Below the pieces are notes generated by a model, which did no database searches, was not told the origin of the DNA, and worked only from the letters and a program-made list of their open reading frames with translations. This document shows positions 47,362-60,880 of a stretch of 64,000 nucleotides of DNA, in pieces. The stretch spans positions 62,001-126,000 of the forward strand of contig QPGO01000073.1 of NCBI GenBank assembly GCA_008632985.1, read 5' to 3'. The stretch's first letter is position 1. Every line of letters starts with the position of its first letter. The DNA comes from Psammoneis japonica. Taxonomy: Eukaryota. Position numbers and translations under genes: made by a program.

Positions 47362-49943
47362 ATGGTTGCGAACGGAAATGCACCGTCCAAATGGGACGGC
47401 AACGCCATGACTCAAACAGACATGATGGAGAAGGATACTGTCTTGGTGCTGGACGATAAAGACAATATCATTGGGTCCGAGTCCAAACGTGGTTCTCACG
47501 AATTACTCCACAACAACCCCGTGGTGTCCTTCATCGCGCCTTTTCGGTGTTCTTGTTTGACGAATCCACGGGCGATTTGCTGCTACAAAAGCGCGCGAGT
47601 ACCAAAATTACTTTTCCTAATGTACGTATACAATTTTCCGTTGCGAAGTTCGGGACGTTATTCTGCGGTAATGCTCACACCAATGCACTTTTTCAAAAAA
47701 TACCGTAGGTCTGGACCAACACGTGCTGTAGTCATCCCTTGCATGGAATGGTTCCAAACGAAGTGGATACGCCCAAGGATGTAGCGAATGGTACTGTCAT
47801 GGGAGCCAAGAATGCTGCCGTTCGCAAACTAGACCACGAACTCGGTATTCCTGCGGCAGAGGTGCCTGCCGACCAGTTCAAGTTTCTGACCCGTCTTCAT
47901 TATTGGGCTGCCGATACAGTGACGCATGGAAAGAAAAGGTAAGTCTTGTGGTGTTATTGCATATGGTATATTGTGCCTGGTATATGTTGCAATACTCAAT
48001 CACCTGCTTCTCTCGTCATCATTTTGCAAACTTTATGATCACAGCCCATGGGGAGAACACGAGATTGACTATGTGTTGTTTTTTGTCGTTCCCAACAAGT
48101 CGGCGCTCACCATCAAACCACACCCCGACGAGGTGGATGATACAAAGTGGGTATCCAAATCGGAACTGCTGTCCATGATGGAGGATGAGAATCTCTTGTT
48201 TTCTCCGTGGTTTCGTCTTATTGTGCACAAGTGGCTCATTCCCAAGGGCGGTTGGTGGGATGATTTGAAGGAAACCATGACGACAGACAAGCATTGCGAT
48301 TACGTGTCGATTCATGCCTTTGATCCTCCGGCGGAACATCTTGGTGGAGGTGGTGATGCCGGGTTGCTTTTTGAGAAGAAGGGAGACTCATCGTAAGTTT
48401 TATATAGTTGACGATTGCTAGCTATGGTTGCGGTATCTATTCACTAAACTATGCCTTGCCTGTTTCAATATTGTAGCAAGAAACAGGGAGCATACGGCAA
48501 AATCAAGACACACAAGGAGTCGAAACTCTCGCAGTTTTGTCGTTTGGACGAAATCTGGTCTGCCGTGTTGCTCTTGTACATTAAGCCTCTCCGCTCCAAC
48601 TTGGACTCGGAACACGTTTTGAAAACTTACGATGCCGAAGACTTGGCGTTTTGCGATTACATTTTATGCAAAGTATCACGTAGCTTTGCAGCCGTGATTC
48701 GTCAGTTACCACCCACCATGTTGGTGGACATTATGATTTCTACTTGGTGTTGAGAGCCTTGGATACCATTGAGGATGACACAACGGCGTTTCCTGACAAT
48801 GAGACCAAGGTGAAGCACCTACTCAGTTTCCACAAGAACGCATTGGTGGATCCCAATTGGTCCATGGATGGTGTTGGTGAGGCTGATGAACGTCTCTTGC
48901 TGCAAGAGTTTCCAAAATGCCACTCGGTGTTTGCGGCACTCCGGCCTCAGTCGCGACGCGTCATTTCCGACATTACCCAGCGAATGGCAACCGGCATGGC
49001 TGAGTTCGTCGGCAAGGACCTTGGTCAGGGTACGGTGGATGTGGACCAATACAATCGATACTGTCATTTCGTGGCGGGCTTGGTTGGGGAGGGACTCAGT
49101 CGGTTATTCTCTGAATCCGGTCTGGAGAAACCTTCGTTTGCGCGTGAGTTGCATTTGAGTGACCAAATGGGATTGTTTCTTCAAAAGACAAACATTATTC
49201 GCGACTATCTGGAAGATTACGTCGATGGTCGCGCGTTCTGGCCGCAGTCTGTGTGGAAAAAGTATTCCAAAACGGGCGACCTAGGTTACTTCTCGGAGCA
49301 AAAGGACACTGATGTCCAAGTGAACTCGCTGCAATGCCTGAACGAGCTTGTAACGGATGCCCTTGAGCTTGGCCCCGATTGCCTTGCTTACATGTCAAAG
49401 CTTCAGTGCGCCGAAATCTTTCGCTTTTGTGCCATTCCACAAGTCATGGCGATTGCGACATTGGACAAGCTCTACGCCAATCCCGACGTGTTTACCGGGG
49501 TTGTCAAAATTCGCAAGGGCCTCTCTTGCAAACTCATACTTCATACCAACAACTTGAACGAGGTCCATCAAATATTCTACAACTTTGCTTCGAGCATTGC
49601 CAAGAAGGCCCACCAGGAACGGCGAAACGGTGTCGTTGACCCATCGTTTGAACGAACATTGAAAGCATGCGATGCCATCTGCGAGCTGACCTCTGTCGCA
49701 GCTACCCGCTCACGCATTGCCTTCACACTGACGCTATCAGGCTTGTTTATGCTCCTGTCCATGTTTTGTGGTTGGGTATACTACTCGTCCGGTCGGGATC
49801 AAATGGACTCGTCGGAGAAGGAACAGGCTGATCTAATTGTTCGCGGGATTGCTATTGCCTCCTTAGCTGTCGTTTACTTTGCCTGCACGACGAGAGGACC
49901 TCAGTCAAGCACTATGCTCAAGTCAGCTGATAAGATCTTGTAA
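47362..49943 (+). CDS. IDI-SQS: Isopentenyl-diphosphate isomerase / squalene synthase fusion (multi-exon)
   Basis: IDI motifs [39 protein letters not shown] and FSPWF. SQS motifs [53 protein letters not shown] and [14 protein letters not shown]-terminal TM helices. Confidence 0.95.
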
Positions 49944-50171
49944 GGAAGGAACGGGAGCTCCATGAGTAGCGTATGCCGAAGCGTAGTTCTGGATAGCTCT
50001 TGATTTATGTATGATTCATGAACGTGGGAGTGAGCACTTCTGCACACCCCCTTATCTAGCGTAATTTTCTACAAATGCAATAACTACTACCGGTGTAAAG
50101 AGTAATGAATACAAGTTCCCCGCTCTTCCCGTCTTCACCGATTCCGTTCACCAGGAGATCATTGTAACGCG

Positions 50172-50850
50172 TCAAAACAACCAAGGAATCATTCGATAGG
50201 AACTTCTTGTCGATAATGTTGATATGCCGGACCAAACTCGTCCACCAAAAAGTCCTCTTCGTGATAGGTACACCTCATGAGCACCGGTATGGATAGCATC
50301 GACGCAATGAGGCCTTTCCAAAGAGATCCCATGACCCATGGCCATCCAATCAAGAGAGAATCATGAAGGAATTAAAGGGATGCCGTACGTATCGATATGG
50401 TCCAGTTGTTATCAACTTTTGTCCAGTTTGTTTATACACAACCTTGCCAGCAAACTTGTTGGTTCGCAATACCCAGGCAATCAGGAACAGCGAAACGAGA
50501 ACCAACAAGCTGCCAGAGATATAGATGGCCCATGGCAGATCGTCTTGATTCGTCGCGACTCGTTCTACAGAGTCGTAAGCACTCACAAAGATGGATAGAA
50601 TCATGGTAATCAGGAGGGCCTCCAGAGGCGATGCTGCCACAATGATTGAGGCGAAGCGCACATCAGTGCAGGTTTCTCGAGACTCGAAGGGAAGTGATCA
50701 TCTTCAATCGTCTCGAGACAAGAGAGGAGGGCCAGAATCAGCAACGTTGAGAGAAAGGGAGACTGAAAAACTTTTTGCTGACCATTTTGCAAGAAAGCAA
50801 AGGATGGCAATCACATGTAATCGATATGATGAGAATTTCGGTGGAGGAAT
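50172..50850 (-). CDS. ICMT/PEMT (Ste14)-family membrane methyltransferase, frameshifted; start uncertain
   Basis: KLITTGPYRYVRHP, followed in other frames by HEEDFLVDEFGPAYQHYRQEVP and RMIPWLF-stop. Confidence 0.7.
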
Positions 50851-51839
50851 CCAATATAACATCCTGACGCAACTACTTTTACCGTCTCCGCCGACGCCAA
50901 GGCTCTCCAGGATCCCCTATGCGGATATTATAGTACTCGGATATGCTTGGGCCTTCCCAGGACGCGTCGACGCTACTCTTCCATTGCAGCTGAATCTTTG
51001 ACCGCATGGGCCTAGGTCCATCCAGTAAGAACTTTGGCTGAATGTAGATAGGGCCTACCAAGATCAGCTTTCTGCTTTGTCAGGCCATAATGAAACGGAA
51101 CGTGTTCGCACATTGTCTATACCTTGATACAGATTCTTTAGATCTATCGCGAGCGCATTGTCTTTCCTTTGTTCGAGAGCTGCCCCACCAAAACAGGAAT
51201 CGATGGGTGTGGCGGGCGTCGTCGAAGCGGGAACGCGTCGAAAGCGGTCCAGTGAATTACAGTCCGTGTCTTGTTGCACATCACACGTGCCCATCTAGCA
51301 CCCGATCCAAAAACTTTATGGGAGGAGACAAGAGTATAAATAAACGATGATTTAGAGGACACACAGCCACAGCATTTTCGAATTATGCCTCTTTCTCTGA
51401 CTTCACGGTGTACGTAGCTTGTTGAGCCCAATGAGTTTTGCAGCCAGTGCAGCATCCCCTTCGCAATGACAGAAAGATCTGCAATAATGCTGTGATGCCA
51501 CCAGAATGGTGTATTGTCTTGCCCTCTATACAGGGATCCCCCCCTGGCCATCCGCCACCGATGCCAAAGACCTCGGCACAAACTAAAGCAGAAAGGTCTG
51601 AACGATATGACGGCCTCTAGAACTCCAGAAATTGCAGTGAAGAGTTCTCCACGTTCAGGTTGCCCAGAACATATGGCAATTGATGACTGCGCACGCCCGT
51701 CTCTAGGGTTCGCAGCTTTTTACCACTCTCCAGGTCATGTTCGTCAAGCGTGATAAATTCGCTATCGTCATCGTGGGCAAACACACTCGTTGGCGTGGAC
51801 AACACCACTTTGGCAGGGCACCTAAAGCCATCCTCTAAA

Positions 51840-54800
51840 GAGCCTTGCCGGTGGCACCATTGAATGAGATCTTCTTGCAAAGAACTGAGCATTCATCACA
51901 GAGAATGCAGTTGCTGGCGCATCCGCTCCTGTCGTGGTTTACGTCCATTGTGCCATCTTCAAAGGACGGGACAAAGTCGGTCTGTGACAAGGTGAAACGG
52001 CAAAAGGTGCACACGCCCAGCCCAATGCCAGGAAAAGGACCTTCATCTTCAACATGGTGGGTCATCAAGAGGTGGCTTCCAGTCATGACAAGCCATGCAA
52101 TCGTGCAAGGCGGCAGTCTCGCATTCGCTTCAACATCGGGCATGCGAGTCGTCTTGCTGTTGCGTGTTTCACCAGCTGCAATTGCAATGGACTCGATCAT
52201 GCAGGAGACCACTCCGTCGCCTTGCTTTGACCGCCACAGTGCATGCATGGTTGAGTCACCTGCAGCAACGGCTGCATCTTCAACTGTGTGTCGTGCCAGA
52301 GGCGCTCAATCCTTTGGTGCACAGGAAATGCAAGTCTGCTTGTCCCTCCAATTTCCATGCATGGATCCATTCTGTAGAGGGTTGGGGGCAGCACAGTGCA
52401 GCACAACAATCCATTGGAATGGTGGAGATTGTCCGTGACCCAACTGATGGTGCCTGTCAAGAACCGAATGACTGGGACAAAGCCCAGTTCTGCTTCCCCG
52501 ACAATTGTCATCGGTTTGTGTGTCGAGAATCCGAGTCACATTGTCCGGTTCAGAACAGACAGTCACAACATTCCCATTTGGAAGCACGGCGCTTGGTTCA
52601 ACAAAATTGAACAAAACCAAAATTCTACATTTAAAGTGCTGCTGCGCTTCCACCCTGCAACTCCGGCAACAAGCTGGCCCACACCCCCAGTGCACGCAGG
52701 TCCAATGAAATTAGTGAAGCACTGTTTCAACAGAATTGTGTTCATGCGCAGAGACAAGAGGCGAGGATGAAGAATCATCTGCATGGAAGTGCCAGGCAGG
52801 TGTTGTGGGAAGCCATTTGAAACATTGGTCACCAATCAAGCACCAAAGTCGTTGTCCACAGCATGATTTGCAGCCACTGAAGACAACAGAGACAGCACCG
52901 TTTCTCCGGAAGCTGCCAGAAACTCTTTCAAAACCAAGGCGCTTTGGCAAGGTCCATGAAGGATGCGATTTTTCGAAGACAACCATCATCCAACTCGGGT
53001 GGACGACGCGGCTGCATGCTCTCATTGTTCTCCTTACAGTTGTTCATTCTCTCGCATCACGAGTCAAAGGCCAATGCAGTGCATGGTGACTTTTTTGTTG
53101 TTGCTCATGATGTGTTGCTTTTCTTTGTTTTCTTCGTTGCTTCGCTTGGTCGTTTTTTGGTCGTTGGTTGACCGGTCGTTGGCGCTCTTGATTGCAAACT
53201 CCGCCGTCATGCCTTGTTTCAATTGACGTGTGAATGCACATAAAAGACAATTGAAGAAGTTGAATGAGTCGTCGCTTGTCCGTCACCACATTGAGCCAAC
53301 ATTTTCAAATCATGGTCCAAGTTTCTCCTTCCACTGGGCCGCTGGAATCTTGTGCCAGGAAGTGAAAACTCTTTGTTCTGCTGACTTCCAAAAGTGCTCT
53401 TCACATGGCCCCCAAATGTGCCAGGAAAAACATGCAGCACATCACGGGGTGCCACTGTCACTTGAACTTTGGGCATGGGAGCACCTGATGCAGTGTTTGT
53501 GCATGAAAAAGAGCTTGTGGCAGACATGGCATGAGAACAACAAGCAAGCCAGTCACAGAGCCACAACATGAAATGACTGGGACAAAGGTGCAATGCTCCC
53601 ACTGCTTTGTTTCACCTGAGCCAAAAGGATCTCACATGAGCCAGGCACAAGACTGTCAAAGAATGAGGGCAACTTCTTCAGTTGGCAGCAACACCCAAAT
53701 CTTGGTGAAGACAAGCAGCCAAGAGGTCAAAAGAGCAAGACAAAAAGATCAGCCAGTTGGGCCTCAGGTGATTGCTGCAATTTGATCCAGCAGAAAAGGC
53801 AAAAGGGCACTTCACCTGCTGTGAGAAAGGAAAAGTGGAGTGTGTGCTCTTCAGCATCATGTCAACACCGAGACTGTGATGATGTGCACTTGGCACTTTT
53901 AAAATCCAGCACCCTTTAAAAAACAGCCTGAAAAGTCAGCGCCTTTTTTTCTTTTTTAGCACGTTTTGAAAAAGACGTGCAAATCTGGCACCTTTTTAAA
54001 AATTGAGCACCTTTGTGGCAAAGGTTGCAAGTGGGCAACATCACATCAAACAAAGGTGATGGAATTCAATCCATTCAATAATTTGATGTCATGACGGTGA
54101 TGTGTGTGATCAATTCTGACAGTGACCATGGTCCAGCTGCACCAAGTGCTGACCACATTGATGCTGTTTTAAACCTGTTGCAATGTCACTCAGTCCTTGA
54201 CAGCTCAACACACATGACATTTACACTGGTGCAAGAGAGAGAAAGCAGATGCTTCATGCAAAACATGGAGCTTCTTTTGACACTGCAATTCTGTGCTCGG
54301 GAGTGCCAGTGGCCTTGAGGTGATCATGCCAAAGCAAAACCAGTGCAATGTTGTTGCAGTTGATCTCATTGTCAACATGACTCTTGTTTGCATGTGTCTG
54401 CAGAGTGGCACTCTGAAGCCACCCCACACCTGCATTTCCATCGGAGATGCACTCAGCCAGAATCTTTGGCAACACAAGCCTGTTTGCTGTGCTGTTGTCT
54501 CCAGTGGCAACCAGTGCATTCAGTGAAGAGATTGCAAGACATTGTGTGCAATTGTCTGGTCTCTCTCAAGAGCGGTGGGAAAATCCATTGCACATCCACT
54601 TTGGTGGCATTGCTTGTTGCCACAAGAGCATGTCCAAGCATGGTGCTTGTTTTGTTGAAAAGGGTGAGTCAAAAACCAGTGCCACAGTCCTCAACACCAA
54701 AGCCACACAAAATGCCAGCACAATCTTCGCTCTTGTCTCCAGCCTTTTGGTGCGCCATTTGATGTGGTCAATCTTGTTTGTACTTGACCATGCAACAGAG

Positions 54801-56880
54801 ATGTTCCACAGCTTGCATTTTCCAAAACCACACTGTTGCTTTGTCTTTCCATTTGCTTCCCTCTTAGATTGTGTGCCATCATGGACATCTTGGCTGCTGC
54901 ACCATCAAAGTTGTTGGGCTGGTGGGAACCAGCATTCATGGAGAAGAGCTCATCTTAAGCATCGACTTTGGTTTTTGGTTCGCTGCTTTGCCATCAATCA
55001 AGTCATTGATTTTTTGTTGGCACCCCCATGCATGGCACCAAGGCAAGTGGCATCACCAGCAACCGTGCCAACAGCACTGTGGTTGGAGAGCAAATCTCAT
55101 GGGGGCAAGAAAGAATGGCAGCAGACCAACAAGACAGAGAATTGTGAGATTGTTGTTGTCAAATGGAAGCAACTTTGACTTGGCATGAAAAAACATGCTG
55201 TTTCCTTTTGCTGGAAGGGGACTCATCTCCATTTTCTGTGGCACCCAGTTGGGCAGCAATGCAACAAACTGCACCAGCAGTGTGCTTGCCAGTTTGGCAG
55301 CATCACCACCAATCACACCAAGAGCTCCATTGGTTGGGAGAGGAAATCTCAAAATGGAGCAACAGATGAGCAAGACAACAAATGTGAGATTGCTGTTGTA
55401 AAAAAAAGCAACTCCAGGCCCAGCATGCAAAAGACTTGCCATGTCAGTTCCATGGATTGACTCAAGTGGAAAAATGGCCACCACCATCATGGAAAACAGC
55501 AATGGAATCTGCTGGAGGTGACAGCAAGTGTCTCTCATTGGAGTGTGCTGCTGTCATGAGTGCATTGCAAATGTCAGCAAGCATGCTGCTTGGTGGCATG
55601 CTTCAAAACAGCATGACAATCAACAGCAAAAAAATCCAACATGCCAATCAAAGAAACACTGTCTTGTTGTCATGTGATGGCACTTCCACCCGGTTGATGA
55701 CGCAGCTGTGGACGTGGGAGACGAGGTTTTGTTGCCATTGTCATTGCGTGTTGCAGTGTTGGGTGCAAGCTCAAGTTGTGACATCATGCACATGCTGTGA
55801 AATGTGCAGCTTTTCCATGTGGGTGATGTTTGTTTTTTGCATGTCAAAACCACCCAAAGCTGCTCCCTGATGTGTGGGTTCTTATTTGCCAAAGCCAGGT
55901 GATTTTGCTGCACCCAGCCAGCCAACTGCCAAGCTTGAGAGTGCACTGGCACACCTTTCCATTTGGCCAGTCTTAAATTAAGACTCAACAAGCATGTGCT
56001 GCTCTCATCAAAAGCATGCCTTGATTCTTGACAGAAAACTCCAGGTGAGAGTGCGCGCCAGTGCACTTTGAGATGCTCTGGATGCAGGTGGGAACCCGCG
56101 CAATTCTGGGCCCTCAGAATTCTGCGCACAAGCTCCACAACAAAATCATTTGGCCACAAACACACCAATGATTGTCAACAGAAAAAGGGGCAATTCTGGC
56201 CACATCCAAATGCATGCACGCCTGCACGAGGGTGCACCCATGCTCATGTTTGTTCTCACAAATGGACAAAATAAAAGGGCTGGGCCATGCAAAACAGGGA
56301 GCATGAAACAATTCTGCAGAAAAGACCGCACAAAATGCACATGCAGGACACACAGCATGCAACAACAAAAAACACTCTCTTTCATGTCATGCTCGAGCAG
56401 TGCTGCAAGCAAGACCCCTCCCATCCGGGGGGCTGGAGAAAGCACTTTTCTGGTTGACTCATGTGATGACATTAATTTCAGTGCTTTCATGCTGGTGGTT
56501 GGCTGCAAATGCACACCAGCAAAAATGACCAAAGCCCTTGTTGCTGCGCTGCCTTGTCTGGTGAAAATCTTGCCTGGAGGCCTGGCGGGAATTTTTGTTC
56601 CCCAAGCCTGATGCATGTTCTGTCCCAGGGCCACATTGTAAGTTGCAAATGGTGACTTTTGCAGTCAGCTCCTTCCTTGTGTGGTGACGTCTCACTGAGG
56701 ACTCAGTTCCACTGATGTTGTCTGAGATCCGCTGTGTTTTGGACAGAGGGCATCACACGCATGTGCCAGCTGCAGCATGAGATCGGATGTTTCAATCAAC
56801 TCAACCCTGGTCAACGGTCGCTGCCAATCTGATTGGTTGAAAGTCTTGGGATGTCAACTCCGATTCTCATTCCAACGGAC
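51840..56880. other. Hypermutated repeat domain D (TpA- and CpG-depleted)
   Basis: TA is nearly absent except in TTTAAA-like runs. Cys/His-rich ORFs occur in six frames and a MITE-like copy is present. Confidence 0.85.
56072..56440. mobile_element. MITE-like unit copy 4 (highly diverged)
   Basis: gatgcaggtgggaacc...gggccc...agctccaca...aatgattgtcaacagaaaaaggggcaatt...tcccatccgggggctgga. Confidence 0.55.
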
Positions 56881-57077
56881 GCACGAATGACTACGTAGTG
56901 TCGTACTGACAGTATAAATTCACGTAGTATTCTACACAAACTTGCCACCGCTTCTGACACGCGATGTCGCGCCGCGGTTCTTCACACTTTTTTACTTGCA
57001 TCCTCAACATTCAGCCACAACATTGACCTGGAGATATCAACGTTTGTATTGACAACACATTCCAACAACACTTCATT

Positions 57078-57365
57078 ATGAACAGCCACGTCCCAGTAAT
57101 GAAAGAGCATGATCCTAATGATGATCCCTTTGCGGAACTGAGTGCTGAAATAGACGCCAAACAGCTGGTTTCACCGCTTGAATACGGTTCGGGTGCCAAA
57201 TATGTGGATCCCAACGCAGCTTCCGCCGCCTCAAAAAAGGAAGAAGAGGAGACGGCCATCAAGGAGACCAAGGAACCTAGTAAAATGACGAACGACAAAT
57301 CATCGAGAGATGATGACGAGACACAGGATGAAAAGCCCGTCGAAGAGGATAAAAAGGAAGAATAG
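57078..57365 (+). CDS. Small acidic hypothetical protein
   Basis: 95-aa ORF with normal composition, rich in E/K/D. Confidence 0.5.
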   Translation: MNSHVPVMKEHDPNDDPFAELSAEIDAKQLVSPLEYGSGAKYVDPNAASAASKKEEEETAIKETKEPSKMTNDKSSRDDDETQDEKPVEEDKKEE

Positions 57366-57971
57366 ATCTTGATTCCCGTTTTGTGCGTGACAACGTGGGA
57401 ATCAAGTTCGGTTCAAATGCCTGGGACTCAATGGCTCGCTAAATTCAAGATAGATGCTAACTTTACAGTAGAAATCGAAAATGTGGCTAGAATTGTTGCA
57501 ACAAATCACTCTACGTTCGGTTGTGTGTTGTAGCTGTCTCCATCAGCGGTCGCCCACATCAGGTCAACTGCCAGGGGCGTAATGGCTCCTTGCTGATCAA
57601 GATTGGTGTAAGTCTATAGTAGAAATCGAGCCCATACTACCTATGTTGTTAAGGATATGTTGTTTGGCGTTCTTCGTGCCGCTTTGCGATAGCCAGTAAG
57701 AGCTTCCTAGAAAGTTCAGCTAGTAGAGCCGGCAACCGTGCATGTCGATTGTGCCTTTTTGGAATATGGTACACACAATCAACTGCTTCCATCTTCTCCA
57801 GCATCCTATACAAGTCGTGCAGTACTATCAGCTGCTCAAATGATAAAAGGAGGATATTTTCATGATTTGCAATTTACCGGTACGCCTCCTGCCTACTCTA
57901 GTAGACTGTACTTACTACCTGTACGAGTAGACGCGGATTCTTAGAAATTGAAACGAGTATTATTGTCCAGC

Positions 57972-58866
57972 TCACGACACCATCAAACTCAAGCCGTGCT
58001 GCCGAGAGTCTTGTGAAATATCATCATCATCATCCTCATCGCTGTAGTAGTCACTGTCGCTGTCACTCTCCAGATAGGTATCTTCTTTGGAATCCCCAAC
58101 CATCTGGTCCTCCAAAAAGCGACGAATACCACTGAGCGGTCCTTCTTTTTCTTTTGTACGCATCATTGGGAACATTGCGATAGAGGCGTTTGGAATCCAC
58201 CGAGGCGGGTGTCGAGGCAGTACTCGAGTTGGAGACGGAAATGGTACTCGGAATGACGGCATTCTGTTGTTGTTTCTCCATGGCTTCATTGCGGTTGGTC
58301 GCACTATTGGCCCATACCAACATGCGTTCCGCACGTCTACGAATCTCTTCGGCCGAGTCTGGCGTAGGAGTTGTTTCTTCCGTTTGGTTCTTGTTGGATT
58401 GGTCTTCTTCCTTTTGTTTTGGCTCGTTTCATGCTCATCCACGGGTGCTACTGCCACAGACGAATCGTCCAAGCTTAAATTTTCTACTGCTTCCTTCAGG
58501 TCCTCCGAGTTGATGTCTAAACTCGCCTCTGATTGCTCCCCATCCAGTTCCATATTGGTTTCAACTGGGTTTGAGTCGTCGCTAATTTCTGGCTCCTCGG
58601 CAGTTTCTGCAGCACTCGGCGAGCTCTCTTCGGTTGGTGCTTCTTCTTTTCGTTTATTTTCAGATTTTTTTCTCCTCTTCCGCTCGCAACAATTGCTTAT
58701 GCAGATGAGAGGCAATTTTCTTTGTCATTTTCAATTCCTTGGAGAGCTGTGTAATTTCCTTGTCTCGTACTTGCAGCACCAATCTCAAATCGCTCCGTTC
58801 TTTCGACAAGTTGCGAATCTCTGTTCGGAGCATTTCCATATCCTCCTCCGTGTACGTGATCCTCAT
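57972..58866 (-). CDS. Hypothetical coiled-coil/acidic protein (frameshifted)
   Basis: Overlapping ORFs 58660-58908 (EMLRTEIRNLSKERSDLRL heptads) and 57972-58715. Confidence 0.5.
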
Positions 58867-59407
58867 GGTTGTTATGTTGTTGTTATTGTGGGAAGGGAGT
58901 GACAACAATATAGATCACGTACGTTGGTGTAGTGTAACGAAACTGTTGGTGGCGAAGCAATGCGGTTGAATGATTGATTGCGAGGCCCATCGGTTGAGCG
59001 ATTGGATGAGCGGCGAGCCGTATTTGTGAACGGAAGTTTATCATTTCTTCAGATCCTATTTTATTTATGAAAAATTTCGCCGAATCTTGGCGGAGTCGTG
59101 TTTGATAAGTAAATACATCCTTTAGCAATGAAGGTGAAATATTTTTTATTCATATGCCTTAATCACGTATATTTGTATGACCGCAAAGGAAGAATGAAAA
59201 ACTCCCGCCGCGTCATCGAGGCGTGTTTGATCACTCACCGAGCTTTGACAGTTGCGATGGAAAAGATAGCATAGTGGAAACGAGCCGTGAGCGACTTGGA
59301 ATACACTCTCTAGTGAGAGGACGCAAGGCATCCCACATAGTATGGCATGGTACCCCAGCAGTCTTTTGATGAATGATTTTTCTGACACGACAGAGAATTG
59401 AATAGAC

Positions 59408-60292
59408 ATGGGTACAATTTGTTTTGCGCTGCTTTCGATAGCCTTGTTACGGTATCACCCCTATTGTCACAGACGCTCTCTTGGCATTCAGTTTTCAACG
59501 TCCTCCACGAATCCTTACGACAATAACCACGACGGCTCTTGGGAGGAAGAGTACAAAAGATCGGCGGAGCAGTTGCACCAATCCTTGCAATCCAAGAATA
59601 TATCTGGCTCCCAAAAGCATCAATTGCATTGTGAGCATCGCTACCGGTTTGGTCGTCAACCCAACGTGTGTGAGAATTGTTGGACCTATCGAGACATTTG
59701 TCTTTGCCATAAAATTAGGCCGGTGCACACTTCAGGCGTCGTCTCGAGGATTGTGTTTTGGACCCACCACAAGGAATGGGGATCGCCCTCCAATACGGGC
59801 AAACTGGTGAATCAGTGTATTGGCAATTCCGAAATGCTTCTCAAGGGTTTGGATCGTCACGACGAGCGACTCGATATTATTTTGAGTGATGCGTCGGTCT
59901 TTCCAATTGCGCTTTGGACCAAGGACGACACAAATCAGAAAGGACATCAAACTCACAAATACATGTCGACCAAGGCAATTGTTCGACTATTACAAGAGCG
60001 TCCTATTGTTTTGATTGTAATAGATGGGACATGGCGACAAGCAAGGCGCATGGTCAACAAATTAAACCACGTGCCAAGACTTTGCTTGGAACGCTCGGAA
60101 TTACTGCAATCGCAAAATGCATTACGCAAACCAAAGAGTGATTCCGTCAAGGTCATTAGTGCGTTGTTTCAGTTGGGTGCGCTTGATCTTGTCAATGCGC
60201 AATCTATTTTAAATCTGGTGGACTACAAGATGATCGCCACGATTGACTATCAAGGAAAGACAAAAATGCGATTTCTTCAAGACTCACTCTAG
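59408..60292 (+). CDS. DTW-domain tRNA-uridine aminocarboxypropyltransferase-like protein
   Basis: CENC...CLC, HHKEWGSPSNTG and IDGTWRQARRM. Confidence 0.88.
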   Translation: MGTICFALLSIALLRYHPYCHRRSLGIQFSTSSTNPYDNNHDGSWEEEYKRSAEQLHQSLQSKNISGSQKHQLHCEHRYRFGRQPNVCENCWTYRDICLCHKIRPVHTSGVVSRIVFWTHHKEWGSPSNTGKLVNQCIGNSEMLLKGLDRHDERLDIILSDASVFPIALWTKDDTNQKGHQTHKYMSTKAIVRLLQERPIVLIVIDGTWRQARRMVNKLNHVPRLCLERSELLQSQNALRKPKSDSVKVISALFQLGALDLVNAQSILNLVDYKMIATIDYQGKTKMRFLQDSL

Positions 60293-60499
60293 TGTGCTAT
60301 GGTTCCTGACAGCATGCAGTACGAAGACTGAATCTCACCCCCGCCTGGGGATTTTTAAGGACCATAGTGGACCGTCGGCAATGCCGTTTGATGACCGACT
60401 CTTTTTGCTAGCGATGAGAAAGATAACATAGCTGAAACTTGGGCTATATAATATTATCGACAGAGAGAGGAATGCAAGGTATCCGGCAATGACGGTTTG

Positions 60500-60750
60500 G
60501 TACCCCCATGCACATAGTGCCACAGACGCTCTCTTGGCAATCGCTTTTCAGCAATCTTGATAAACTCTTGCGGCGATCTGTCGGGAAGAATACAGAAAGT
60601 CGGCTGAACAGTTACGCCAATTCCTGCTGTATTACAATATCTCTGGCTCCCAGAAAGTACACTTTGCTTTGTGAGCATCACTACAGATTTGCCGTCGTCA
60701 TCCCAGAAAATAGTCGAAATCCCGCAGAACTGGCGAGGGCACGGTATCGA
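60500..60750 (+). pseudogene. Degenerate duplicate of the DTW gene 5' region
   Basis: cacagacgctctcttggca, aatat.tctggctccca and ttgtgagcatc match ~59460-59665. Confidence 0.7.
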
Positions 60751-60880
60751 TAGCAACAATTCGTTTTGGTAGCTACTAACGATAACACATAATGCTAACT
60801 TAACCTCTGAATCGGTATGAAATGTTGCCCACAGATCTTTTCTGCTTTTGCTATCTTGGCAACATGCTTACTGGTACTTG

